A stretch of 64,000 nt of DNA from assembly GCF_006345805.1 (NCBI RefSeq), contig NC_043003.1, positions 3,534,001 through 3,598,000 on the forward strand, read 5' to 3'. Positions 26,513-36,528 of the stretch are shown here, in pieces; position 1 is the first letter of the stretch; each line of letters starts with the position of its first letter. Origin of the DNA: Octopus sinensis (Eukaryota). The notes below the pieces were generated by a model, which had not been told where the DNA came from, made no database searches, and was given only the letters and a program-made list of their open reading frames with translations. Made by a program: the position numbers and the translations under genes.

Positions 26513-29500
26513 TGCACACACAACAAGCTTCTTTCAGTTTCCTTTTAACAAATCCACTCCCAAAACGTTGGTTAGCCTGCGACTATAGCAGAAGAGACTT
26601 TCCCAAAGTGTCATGCATTGAGATTGAGCCCAGGACCCTGCGGTTGGGAATCAGACTTGTCGACCAAATACTCACATCAGTGACAATGGAAGGGATCTAA
26701 AATATACAAACCTTGTGCGTATTCCATGACAATCATTAAAGCTTTGTCTTCTAGAAAGTTCTCGTAATATTTGATGATGAAAGGGTTGTTTAGCATCGAC
26801 AGAACTTTCACCTCATTCAAAGCTGTCTGTCTTTCATCTTTAGTCATCTGTTCCACAGGGATTTGTTTAATGATTAATAATTTCTTGTCACTCAAGCGGC
26901 GGCAAAGATAAACAGTTCTGGAATTAATTAGGATCGAATTTTCATAAATATCCACTTTTAACAAGAAAATAACAATTTTGGGAAAAATTAAATAAAAACA
27001 AGGAAAAGTATGTTTTTGTATACATCATCATTATCATCATCATCATCACCACCACCACCATCACCCCGTTCACCCAGAACTAGCAGCAGCACCGCCACCA
27101 CCATCGCCACCACCATCGCCACTACCACTACCAAATAAAACTGCAGTCCAACCCATGCCTGTCTGGAACATAGATGTTAAATATATATATATATATATAT
27201 ATATGTACTTTGAGTGTAAGCGTCCTGAGAGAAATGTTGGGCATAAGAAGCATTGGATGCAGCATGCAGGAGAGATGATTACGTTGGTATGGTTATGTAC
27301 TACAGATGGATGAGGAGAGATGTGTGAAGAAGTGCCACTCCCAAACTGTTGAAGGAATCCGGGGTAGAGGTAGACCCAGGAAGACATGGGACGAGGTGGT
27401 TAAGCATGACCTTCATACTTTGAGTCTCACACAGGCTATAACGAAAGACAGAGACCTCTGGAGATATGCTGTGACTGCGAAGAACCAACAAATGAAGTGA
27501 GTTCATGGCTCACAGGACGGCCTGCTGTGCTAACCTTGGATCATAGAGTGACCCACTGTTCTTGAGGAGACCTACTGAGTCAAGTACATCAATATCAAAA
27601 TAAAAATTCAAATGGAAATTGTAATTAAGACACCCGTGCTGGTGACATGTAAAAAGAACAGTCCGAACGTGGCAGATGCCAGCGCCGCCTGACTGGTGTC
27701 CGTGTCGGTGACATGTAAAAGCACCAACCGATCGTGGCCGTTTGCCAGCCTGCTCTGGCCCTTGTGCCAGTGGCATGTAAAAAACACCCACTACACTCAT
27801 GGAGTGGTTGGCGTTAGGAAGGGCATCCAGCTGTAGAAACTGCCAAATCAGACTAGAGCCTGGTGCAGCCTCCATGGCTTCCAGACCCCAGTGGAACCGT
27901 CCAACCCATGCTAGCATGGAAAACAGATGTTAAATGATGATGATGATGATATCTGTGTGATCATTGTACACTAAACTCTGCTTGCAAAGACCTGTTGAGG
28001 CAAGTGAAACAGAAATCGAAATCAAATTTGATGACTGGCATCTGTGCTAGTGGAGCACTAAGAGCACCATCCAAGCATAATCGTTGCCAGAGCAGCAAAC
28101 TGGCTTCCGTGCTGGTGGCACGTAAAAAGCACCATTTGAGCATGATTGTTACCAGTGTCGCCTTACTGGCACGTGAAAAACATTCGAGCAAGGTCATTGC
28201 CAGTGCTGCTGGACTGGCTCCTGTGCAGGTGGCACGTAAAAAACACCATTTGAGCATGGCTGTTGCCAGAACCGCCTGACTGGCCTTTGTGCTGGTGGCA
28301 CGTAAAAGCACCCACTACACTCACGGAGTGGTTGGCGTTAGGAAGGGCATCCAGCTGTAGAAACTCTGGCAGATCAAGATTGGAGCCTGGTGCAGCCATC
28401 TGGTTTGCCAGTCCTCAGTCAAATATCCAACCCATGCTAGCATGGAAAATGGACGTTAAACGATGATGATGATGATTACCTGCCACCCAGTTTGAAATAA
28501 AGGTGCAACTCATTTTTGCCAGGTGAGTGAAGTGGAACAAGGTGAAATAAAGTGTCTTGCTAAAGGACATAATGCAATGCTGAGAATTGCACTCATGACT
28601 TTACTGTTGAGAGCCAAATAGTCTAACCATTCACATTCTCTAAAGAAGCCCAGCCATGTTGAGTCTGAAGTATTTGATTGCCAAATATTTCATGGTCCCT
28701 CCAGGCCTGTTTCTTTTGTGTCAGGAAGTGTTTCTTTCTATGTTTCTCAACTAACTTAAAGTGGCGATGGTGATGGCGTGGGTTGAGTAGCAGGACCAAG
28801 AGATTGGGTAGTTCAGGCCATTTGCATTCATGTCAGGTTGATTAAGGTTCAAGATAGTAAATCTTCCTTACTATCAGCGACGTAGACCAAGGTACTTAAA
28901 TGTCACAGATCTCTTTTGAGCCGTGTACCATCAGTGAAGCAAATTGACTGATGGAATTCATGTTCGTTGGTGACCATCTCCTCAGGTTTCTTTGGATTCA
29001 AAAACAGCAGCTTTGGCTGCAGCATTCTCAAAGAGATGCTAACAAGATTTGTGCAACATGTATTTAAAATGATTATCAGTAGAGTCTGAGCGGAGGCGCA
29101 ATGGCCCAGTGGTTAGGGCAGCGGACTTGCGGTCAGAGGATCGCGGTTTTGATTCCCAGACTGGGCATTGTGAGTGTTTATTGAGCGAAAACACCTAAAA
29201 GCTCCACGAGGCTCCGGCAGGGGGTGGTGGCGACCCCTGTTGTACTCTTTCACCCCAACTTTCTCTCACTCTTTCTTCCTGTTTCTTGAATAACGTTGCG
29301 ATGGACTAGCATCCCGTCCAGCTGGGGGGAACATGTACGCCACAGAAACCGGGAAACTGGGCCCATGAGCCTGGCTAGGCTTGAAAAGGGTGTATGAAAA
29401 AATAGTCTGAGTAATACAGATACAGTTACTGACCCTCTGTAGAAGCTACAACACTTTACATTCTGATTTCGAATCTTACAAAGGGAAAATTTCCCTCCGT

Positions 29501-31148
29501 CTTCTGATGGAAGGGCATCAATAAAATAAAGTGCCATGGATTTGAAAATGAATCGTTGGACAGGAGTGCTGATACCACGATGAGATCCCTGTCGTTTCAC
29601 AGGATCGGTCAGGTAACCAATCGATGAGCAACAAACCATCTAGAACCTTCTAATGAGTCACATAAAAGATGAGTTCTTGGCAGCAAATTCTGAGTGTTGA
29701 GGCAGTTGCCATAACGATCCATTCTCGTTTTTCATTCACCAGCCATGCAAATGGAAGGTACAGGTTTTGCCATCGTGAATTTAGAGCGATTACTTTCCCA
29801 GTTGTGATGGGTGAATCACAGATAGATAGACATCAGCTATATTTTGTTGTAGACCCAAGTCGTATGTCTCTCCTGGTGTGTATTAACTGTCACTTTAGTT
29901 TTAAATCCGAAGATCAATACAGAAGACACAAATAAACAGTAAACAATGCTTCTGTTTATTGTTCTTGAGTGTCGTAAATAATTTTTAGTCGCAGCTCTAG
30001 AAAGACAGTTTCGTTCAAACATCAATGAACAATGACACAATACACGTCAAGGAGGCGCAATGGCCCAGTGGTTAGGGCAGCGGACTCGCGGTCGTAGGAT
30101 CGCGGTTTCGATTCCCAGATCGGGCGTTGTGAGTGTTTATTGAGCGAAAATACCTAAAGCTCCACGAGGCTCCGGCAGGGATGGTGGTGATCCCTGCTGT
30201 ACTCTTTCACCACAACTTTCTCTCACTCTTACTTCCTGTTTCTGTTGTACCTGTATTTCAAAGGGCCGGCCTTGTCACTCTCTGTGTCACGCTGAATATC
30301 CCCGAGAACTGCGTTAAGGGTACACGTGTCTGTGGAGTGCTCAGCCACTTACACGTTAATTTCACGAGCAGGCTGTTCCGTTGATCGGATCAACCGGAAC
30401 CTTCGTCGTCGTAACCGACGGAGTGCTTCCATCCAATACACGTCATTACAGTGGATTACAGGGATTGATTTATATACTTGTAATACCTCCTGAGTGTGTA
30501 TGAAATGATAGAATAAGAACTGTACTCTGACTGGTGAATTGGCGGAATGATACGAATGGCACAGAAAATAACACAGTATTTATCCTGGCTCTGTGCTCAT
30601 CCTGAGTTCAAATCCTGTCAACGGCAACGTTACCTTTCTTCCCGCCGGTCGACAAATAAAGCACCAATATAGGGCAATGTATGACCAGGTGTCTTATAGT
30701 ATCAGTTCCAACAACTTGTAGGTACTCAAACAGCAACACTATTTGATACTAAGCCGTATTGGTGCTTGCTTTTCCTTCGAACAACATCGGTGATGTAGGA
30801 GACTGAAACAGATGGGCAACTGAAGGTCCCCGTATTTGTACAGGAACTTTCTGAGTGTAGAACGAAGGTTTGACATGGAGACCTGGGACATAACTTGAAC
30901 TCAACCGCTACTACTACTACTATTACTACTACACACGCACATGTTAAACGACATCGTAACATACACCACCACCCAAACCACCACCACCACCATGCTGTTG
31001 TCCGTCTTAAAACACTTCTTGGACAATTAAGTCGTTCAACTGCTTTTAATTGCGTGAACGCACTTCGTCTTAATTAAAATTTATATACAAAAATAACCTA
31101 CCCGTAGGCACCACGCCCGACCACTTTAATTTTCTCATATTTCTCCAT
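531..31148 (-). CDS. NEK8: Serine/threonine kinase NEK8, exons 1-9 (3' part lies outside the window)
   Basis: Nine exons (47,206,56,177,50,82,209,83,173 nt) join in frame with GT..AG ends. Motifs: [45 protein letters not shown], then RCC1-like [25 protein letters not shown], which closely matches recalled vertebrate NEK8. Confidence 0.96.
912..1314 (+). mobile_element. tRNA-headed SINE family A (internal TA/TG microsatellite, AAAGAGT tail)
   Basis: A-box-like TGGCTGTGTGG, B-box-like GGTTCAGTCCC. Other copies at about 7539-7949, 10858-11252, 15055-15463, 15599-15986, 38395-38810 (plus) and 40749-41162, 44300-44652 (minus, last truncated). Confidence 0.9.
1995..2175. repeat. (CA)n microsatellite
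   Basis: Read directly. Confidence 0.97.
3776..4450 (-). mobile_element. RTE 3'UTR-derived element with VNTR
   Basis: (CAT)n tail on the left; several TTTTATGTGCCACCGACACAGGTGCCAG units; same subfamily as 62965-64000. Confidence 0.85.
4860..5080. repeat. (ACC)n/(ACA)n trinucleotide tract
   Basis: Read directly; about 100 nt from NEK8 exon 8. Confidence 0.95.
5177..5259 (-). CDS. NEK8: NEK8 exon 8, linker ([27 protein letters not shown])
   Basis: Strong acceptor TGTTGTCTCTCTCTACCAG|G, donor AGAG|GTAGGT, 83 nt, open. Phases 2 and 1 fit exons 7 and 9. Weak sequence conservation. Confidence 0.8.
7038..7246 (-). CDS. NEK8: NEK8 exon 7 ([22 protein letters not shown])
   Basis: Acceptor CCCAG|AAT, donor AG|GTTCGT, 209 nt; end of the kinase domain. 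Confidence 0.94.
7539..7949 (+). mobile_element. SINE family A
   Basis: Full-length near-consensus copy. Confidence 0.9.
9660..10030 (+). mobile_element. RTE 3'UTR-derived element
   Basis: About 4 array units, family tail, (GAT)n. Confidence 0.85.
10032..10219 (+). pseudogene. Near full-length U2 snRNA copy (retrocopy)
   Basis: CTCGGCCTTTTGGCTAAGATCAAAGTGTAGTATCTGTTC..ATCTGATACG, Sm-like GATTTTTAG, 3' stem-loops. Extra A beside the branch-pairing region. Upstream is a (GAT)n repeat tail rather than an snRNA promoter. Confidence 0.9.
10658..10739 (-). CDS. NEK8: NEK8 exon 6 ([27 protein letters not shown])
   Basis: Acceptor AAAG|A, donor TCG|GTAAGT, 82 nt. Confidence 0.95.
12105..12900 (-). 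mobile_element. Two adjacent RTE 3'UTR-derived elements
   Basis: (CAT)n tails at about 12105 and 12400. Confidence 0.8.
12998..13710 (-). mobile_element. CR1-type LINE 3' end, young, inside the U12 intron
   Basis: Open frame [47 protein letters not shown]; (TAAC)n tail at 12998-13025. Confidence 0.9.
14213..14262 (-). CDS. NEK8: NEK8 exon 5 ([17 protein letters not shown])
   Basis: Acceptor CTTCTCTCTTCCAG|GTT, donor CC|GTATCCTTTG, 50 nt. Confidence 0.93.
16150..16900 (-). mobile_element. Old RLE-type (NeSL/Hero-like) LINE 3' fragment
   Basis: Degenerate [26 protein letters not shown], like the EVGxRGF C-terminus of this group. Confidence 0.4.
17410..17576. repeat. Degenerate minisatellite, unit about 24 bp (TTTAATACAATACTGTTCACTAGA-like)
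   Basis: About 7 diverged units next to the foldback. Confidence 0.7.
17577..17834. mobile_element. MITE-like foldback (about 111 bp arms) in NEK8 intron 4
   Basis: 17577-17687 is the near-exact reverse complement of 17724-17834; TA at both ends. Confidence 0.8.
18152..18328 (-). CDS. NEK8: NEK8 exon 4 ([21 protein letters not shown])
   Basis: Acceptor CCCACAG|GTC, donor ACG|GTAAGA, 177 nt; catalytic loop, DFG and activation-loop Thr162. Confidence 0.96.
20045..20925. mobile_element. Head-to-head RTE 3'UTR elements (20045-20250 minus; 20390-20925 plus)
   Basis: Family tails at both outer ends; 5-6 array units in the plus copy. Confidence 0.8.
21296..21351 (-). CDS. NEK8: NEK8 exon 3 ([19 protein letters not shown])
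   Basis: Acceptor TTTTAAAG|GT, donor GAG|GTCAGT, 56 nt; not in the ORF track, found by hand. Confidence 0.92.
21465..21863 (-). mobile_element. Non-autonomous Helitron (about 400 bp), copy 1
   Basis: 5' TC, subterminal hairpin CCCGAGCAACGCCGGG, 3' CTAG, inserted between A and T. Confidence 0.85.
23296..24295. mobile_element. Inverted RTE 3'UTR pair (23296-23505 minus, inside a SINE; 23860-24295 plus)
   Basis: Family tails and array units. Confidence 0.8.
25130..26045. mobile_element. Inverted RTE 3'UTR pair (25130-25365 plus; 25760-26045 minus)
   Basis: Family tails facing each other. Confidence 0.8.
26712..26917 (-). CDS. NEK8: NEK8 exon 2 ([24 protein letters not shown])
   Basis: Acceptor CAG|A, donor G|GTTTGT, 206 nt; holds the VAIK lysine and alphaC glutamate. 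Confidence 0.96.
27230..27950 (+). mobile_element. RTE LINE 3' end: ORF C-terminus, VNTR 3'UTR, (GAT)n tail
   Basis: [20 protein letters not shown] runs straight into the GGTGGCACGTAAAAAGCACC-type array and the tail CCAACCCATGCTAGCATGGAAA..(GAT)n. Confidence 0.85.
27985..28475 (+). mobile_element. RTE 3'UTR-derived element
   Basis: Diverged array units, tail, (GAT)n. Confidence 0.8.
30051..30433 (+). mobile_element. tRNA-headed SINE family B with a 12-bp target-site duplication
   Basis: Head GGAGGCGCAATGGCCCAGTGG..GGTTTCGATTCC; TSD CAATACACGTCA at 30038-30049 and 30434-30445. Other copies at about 13712-13970, 29092-29400, 42994-43375. Confidence 0.9.
31102..31148 (-). CDS. NEK8: NEK8 exon 1 ([16 protein letters not shown])
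   Basis: ATG at 31148; donor GG|GTAGGT; 47 nt; phase 2 matches exon 2. Confidence 0.95.
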
Positions 31149-32009
31149 ATGGAATAATTGTAAAGATTACAAATTCAGAAGCCTGCAGGATTTAGGGATG
31201 AACAGGGGACACGCAACATCAATTATAAAACTAACAAAACTTTAGAATGTTTTTTGTTTTGTTTTTTGAGACACGGAAGACAAAGTTGGGAGTTATTTCC
31301 CCTTGAAGGTTAATTACGGAAGCCTATAAGTGTAACAATTGTTTAAGCGCCAGTTTAAGACAATTTAGCGCCAATCTGCGACAATTGTTAATTTCCATAT
31401 CTGTTTCTTTTTTTCTTGCTCACCTCCGAAATTGTTTCCTTATAACTTTCTCCTTATTGCGAATTCATTAATGAAATTTTGTTACGATATATTTTCATAA
31501 ATGCAGATAACGAGAATATTAATGTAATCTTTCTAAGATTAAAAAAAAAAAAAAAATTTTCAGCAAAAATTCATAAAAAACAAAAACAAAAATATACAAT
31601 ACTCAGAAATTTCAGGTTTGCAATTGTCTGCCAAATGATGTGGCATTTGGTTGTGTGTTGAAACTAAAACGTTTACAGTGTCGATGACATATTTAGCCAT
31701 TCAAATATACACAGAGACTTTTCATCATCATCATCATCGTTGTTTAACGTCCGTTTTCCATGCTGGCATGGGTTGGACGGTTTGACTAAGGGTTGGCAAG
31801 CCAGTAGGCTGCACTAGCCTCCAATATGATCTGGCAAGGTTTCTACAGCTGGATGCCCTTCCAAATGCCAACCACTCTGAGAGTGTAGTGGGTGATTTAT
31901 ACGTGCCACTGGCATGGGGGCCAGTCAGGTGGCACAGGCATCGACCACATTTGGATGGTGCTTTTTACGTGCCACCAGTACAGGGAGCCAGTGAGGTGGT
32001 ACTGGCAAT

Positions 32010-33310
32010 GGGTCTACCAAATGAACAAAAGTACTGCTTTTATGATATTCTCCTGCAGGCTACCTCAAAGACAAATGACAATGATCTCATCTTCATGGCT
32101 GGGGATTTCAATGGGCATGTTGGACAGCAGCCTGGTATCATCTACGGGCAGTGGGGGGATCCATGGAATTGATTCCTGAAATGAAGAGGGGACAAGGCTA
32201 CTGGAATTCTGTAACACAAATAACCTATTACAGAGGCCGGTGGCACGTAAAATGCACCATCCGATCGTGGCCGTTGCCAGCCTTGCCTGGGCCCCGTGCC
32301 GGTGGCATGTAAAAAGCACCATCCGTCTGTGGCCGTTTGCCAGCCCCGTCTGGCACCTGTGCGGGTGGCACGTAAAAAGCACCCACTACACTCACGGAGT
32401 GGTTGGCGTTAGGAAGGGTATCCAGCCGTAGAAACATTGCTAGATCAAACTGGGCCTGGTGCAGCCTTCTGGCTTCCCGGACCCCAGTTGAACCGTCCAA
32501 CCCATGCTAGCATGGAAAGCGGACGCTAAATGATGATGACGATGAGAGGCATCAAACTGCTGGATTAGGTGATGAAAGTCACAGAAAGGGTCATAGATCA
32601 ATTAATTAGGAAGAGAACTAGTGTAGATGAGATACAGTTCAGATTTGCACCCAGCAGGAACACAATCAATGCTGGATTACTGGACCATAACAGAGAAATT
32701 TGAGGCTGGCTGCCCCTGGGAGCTCCACTATGCTGATGATCACATTCTTATAGTTGAATCACAACAAGAGCTAGAGAGGAAATTTCAGGCCTTGGAGTAA
32801 ATCTAGCAAAAACCAAAGTCTTAGTAAGTAGGAGAGCAGACAAATCACAAATCCCTTCAGGTAGATGGCCCTCTGTGATCTGTAGAAAAGACATAGGTAG
32901 TAACTCCATAAGATCTACCCAGTGTAAGCTGTGGACATATAAGTGGTGCAGCAATATCAGAGCAAAGTTAATAGGGATAATAGTTCTTGTGTGTGGGAGG
33001 TGCACAGCAAAAGGTACAGAAAATAGACTCTATCAAATGCCAGTGGGGAAAACTAGAGGTAGTAGATAACTTCTGTAACCTAGGTGACCAAGTTAGTAGC
33101 TGAGGTGGATGATCAAGAACATAGCTACTAGAATAAGAAAAGGCTGGGCAAAGCTCAGAGAGCTCCTACCTCTATTGGTTAAAAAAGGGCCTCTCCATCA
33201 GAGTGAAAGGCAGATTGTACAATGCCTGTGTGTGAACAGCTATGCTATGTGGCAGTGAAACATGGACTGTGACTGTTGAGGACATGTGTAGGCTTGAAAG
33301 AAATGAAGCC
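32010..33310 (+). mobile_element. Degraded RTE LINE with a nested RTE-UTR copy (32235-32545)
   Basis: AGDFNGHVG (APE), LPWELHYADD (RT), RVKGRLYNACV..GSETW. Confidence 0.75.
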
Positions 33311-33344
33311 AGAGGAATCAGGGGTAGTGTGCAAGAGAGATCAC

Positions 33345-33790
33345 TGTGCTGGTATGGTTATGTGGTGTGTAGAGATTGAGATCACTATACTGGCAGTGCA
33401 AGACCAAGCTTTGGCCAAGAACTGGAGGGTCGACCTTCGGAATGAGCAAGTGTCTCCACTGTGCCGCATCTGTAACAGAGTGGATGAAACCATTTCCCAT
33501 ATCACAAATGAGAATTCCTTGGACCTGCCCCAAATCACTACAAGTTGTAGTGACACAATCAGAGAGCAAAAGTGCTACGTTGGGAAACTGTGCAAAAAGT
33601 GGAGGCTAGAGAGAGGTAAGATGTGGTATGAGCACAAACTGCAGAGACTAGCAAAATCTTCTGGGATTTCCCAATCCAAACAGATCAGGTGCTTGAGCAT
33701 AACAGACCGGAACTAGTGGAGGTGGTGGACAAAGTGCACCACATGTGTTATATAGCTGATGTTATATAACTAATATTATTATTTTTATTA
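33345..33790 (+). mobile_element. R4/Dong-like (restriction-like endonuclease) LINE fragment
   Basis: LAVQDQAL..CRICNRVDETISHI, WYEH. Confidence 0.7.
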
Positions 33791-34254
33791 TTCATACACT
33801 CAACAGATTAGATTGTTGGAAAAGAAAAGAACTCTAACACTGGGTTACAACAAGAAGCCTTAGAATTGGGTTGCAGCAAGTAACCTTAGATGCCAAAACC
33901 CCACTAAGTCTCCTAGCTGTCCCTAATAACACTGTTTTCTGCAGCTGTACTAAACTGGGTTTTATGTCTATTTCCTCAATCTATCTGTTCAAATGTTTAG
34001 GGATAGTTCCCAATACACCTATAACTACTGGGATACATTTTACACGCACTTTCCTTAGTCTCAATAGCTAAGTCCTGGTACTTTGCTATTTTTTCTATCC
34101 CCCACTACTCTAGGCACAAGACCCGAAATTTTTGGGGAGGAGGCCAGTCGATTAGATTGACACCAGTGTGCAACTGGTACTCAATTTATCAACCCTGAAA
34201 GGATGAAAGGCAAAGCCGAGCTCAGCGGAATTTGAACTCACTGCCTTAAATATA

Positions 34255-35265
34255 CCTCTCATATTGACTTTCTCATCATTTGGGACTTTAAAGTCAATTT
34301 ATCTGGCACTTTTTATTCGCTTTATTTACTACTACCAAATCAGACCTTCTAGCTTCTATTACTCTGTCAGTCTGAATGTTAAAGTCCCACAACATCCTGT
34401 ATTTCTTACTTTCTACTACTTTACCAGCTTCGTGTTCATACCATTTATCAATATGTTCAAATCCTAGCTTTCTACAAAGCTCCCAGTGGATGCCTCTCCC
34501 GAGATGTCTTTTCTTGTATTCTTTCTGTGCCAGCATCCTACATTCATTTACTGTGAGAGTAACGCCTTCCTATTTTGATTAACATAATCTACATTGGGAA
34601 TCTATTTGGTTTTTGTCTATTTTGGCTTTTATCCACTTGTTCCTTAATGCTTGATCCTGTGCTGCTACTAACAAACTTTCTCTCTCCTTTTTCAGCTTTT
34701 CGTTCTGCAACCATAACCATGTCTCACTACTTTTATTTGCTGAAACTATCTTTGGGAATCTACCATGCAATACCTTCTCCTGCCAGTCAGATAATTTCTG
34801 TTCTTTTTTTTTTCTGGTTTTTAACTTCATTTGGATTTTTGGTTTCCCTGTGTCTTGTTGTGACCTTAGCAGCTTTTAATAAACTTCCTTCGCTATTACC
34901 TACATAGGAGTCTATGTCTACCCTAGCTAACTCCACACAGTCTTCTACTGATGTTAACCCTCTTCCGTCTTCCTTTCCAAGTAGGTATAATCTTGCTACT
35001 CCTGCCCTTCATGGTGGAGTCCTCCATTCATATTGAATTCCTTCCCAGTTCTTCTGTCTAGATTTGCTAATTCAGTTTTTGTCCAATCTACAAAAGTTGC
35101 TGAGTATCGAAGTAATGATACTGTCCAAGTATTTACAGACTTCTCTAGATTCGAACCATTTAGCTTTGACTTTATTAGCTTCCTCAGCCTTTTCATGTAC
35201 TCCTTCTCAATTTTTGTTTTCATTTCTATAGTTAGTACTCCGTCAGATTCTAATTTTACAACTGG
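34255..35265 (-). mobile_element. R4/Dong-like LINE fragment
   Basis: QEKVLHGRF, AAQDQALR..CRLC, RH..IHWELC..KWYEH..LWDFNIQTDRVIEARRSDLVVV. Confidence 0.85.
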
Positions 35266-35539
35266 CAAAAAGAAAAAGAAAGAAAAAAAAACCAAAGGCA
35301 AAAAGTAAAAGGAAGAATATTTAATCAAATAGGTTTTATAAATTTGATGATATTCCCCTGTCATTTTATTCATTCCATCAGGGCACGGTGTTAATAACTC
35401 GCAAACATATTCCTCCTCATGCATTTTGAGGACTGAAAGTGTGGCAGATTCAGAATATTTTTCCGAGAAGAGGCATTTTCAAGTCTTTTCCAAAATTGAA
35501 GCTGTTTGATGCAAAATGTTCGGCAGGTTCGGTCAAACT

Positions 35540-36330
35540 ACTGCTATTGTGCCTGACGTCATATCTCTGCCCACTGAATCTTTTGTTTAATTATTCTGTT
35601 GTACAACCAACATAAATCAAGTTGTGTTTCGTGCATTCTGCTGCATACACCAAATGGGAATCTCTACATGATCCACCTTCTGTATAAATCATAACATTTC
35701 TGTTATGATTCCTGATGGAATTCACTTGACTCATGTTGTTGCGCAATGAACAGGTCTTACCTCTATTGCAGCTGTTTTTCAAGGTACAGTGCACAGAAAC
35801 TCCAATGTTGGTTTTCTTGGAGTCAGAAGTAGAGATTAATAATTCTCTCACATTTTTATTCTCTCTATAAGCTACTATAGGTGACATGGAACATTAGTTT
35901 GAAATTATAATATTCTTCCACAAGATGTTGGTAATTTTCATGTAACACTTTTGAAATGCCAGCAACATTTCGGCGGTGCCAGTTAATCACTGAAGGAATT
36001 CTGTCACACATTTTACTTTGTTTGCTAAAAGTATGCCTGAAAGTTTCCCTTTCTTTGCTAATCTTAGTCATGTCATTCGCGATTCCCTTTAATCATGATT
36101 CACTGTAACTGTGTTTGGCATAATGACTTACAAAAGCATTTGCTTGTTTCCAGCAATCCCCTTCATCAGTACAAATCCATTTTATCTTCAAAAATTAGTA
36201 TTTCGGATTTGACCGAATAATATGATGTGGATGATCGGGGCGGCGGTGGAGGCAAAAGTGGGATGACGTCGGCTTCCCAAATAACTCTGTCACTCGATAG
36301 TTTTATTGACTTTTTGTTTGTGTTTCTGTG
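35540..36330 (-). mobile_element. Degraded Penelope fragment
   Basis: IVAYRENKNVRELLI (RT thumb) and HLVYAAECTKHNLIYVGCT (GIY-YIG), with stops and frameshifts. Confidence 0.75.
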
Positions 36331-36528
36331 ACTGTTATGCCAAAAACTCAGGCTGACATAAAATTTACATTGAATTTTTGGACACAAAAGTTAAGTTTTC
36401 AGGAGGCAGAATAGATCTTGTACCAAAACTGGGAAAAATTATTATCATTGTTGTTGTTAGTAGCTGCTTGTTAGTGAATTATAAATTTAACGATGCTACC
36501 ATTTTCCAACTCTCTCAGACTTTCTTGT

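Noticed and set aside
29879-29935. C2H2 zinc-finger-like [17 protein letters not shown]
   Set aside because: Stop codon before the second His position, no His there, no neighbouring fingers or splice support.
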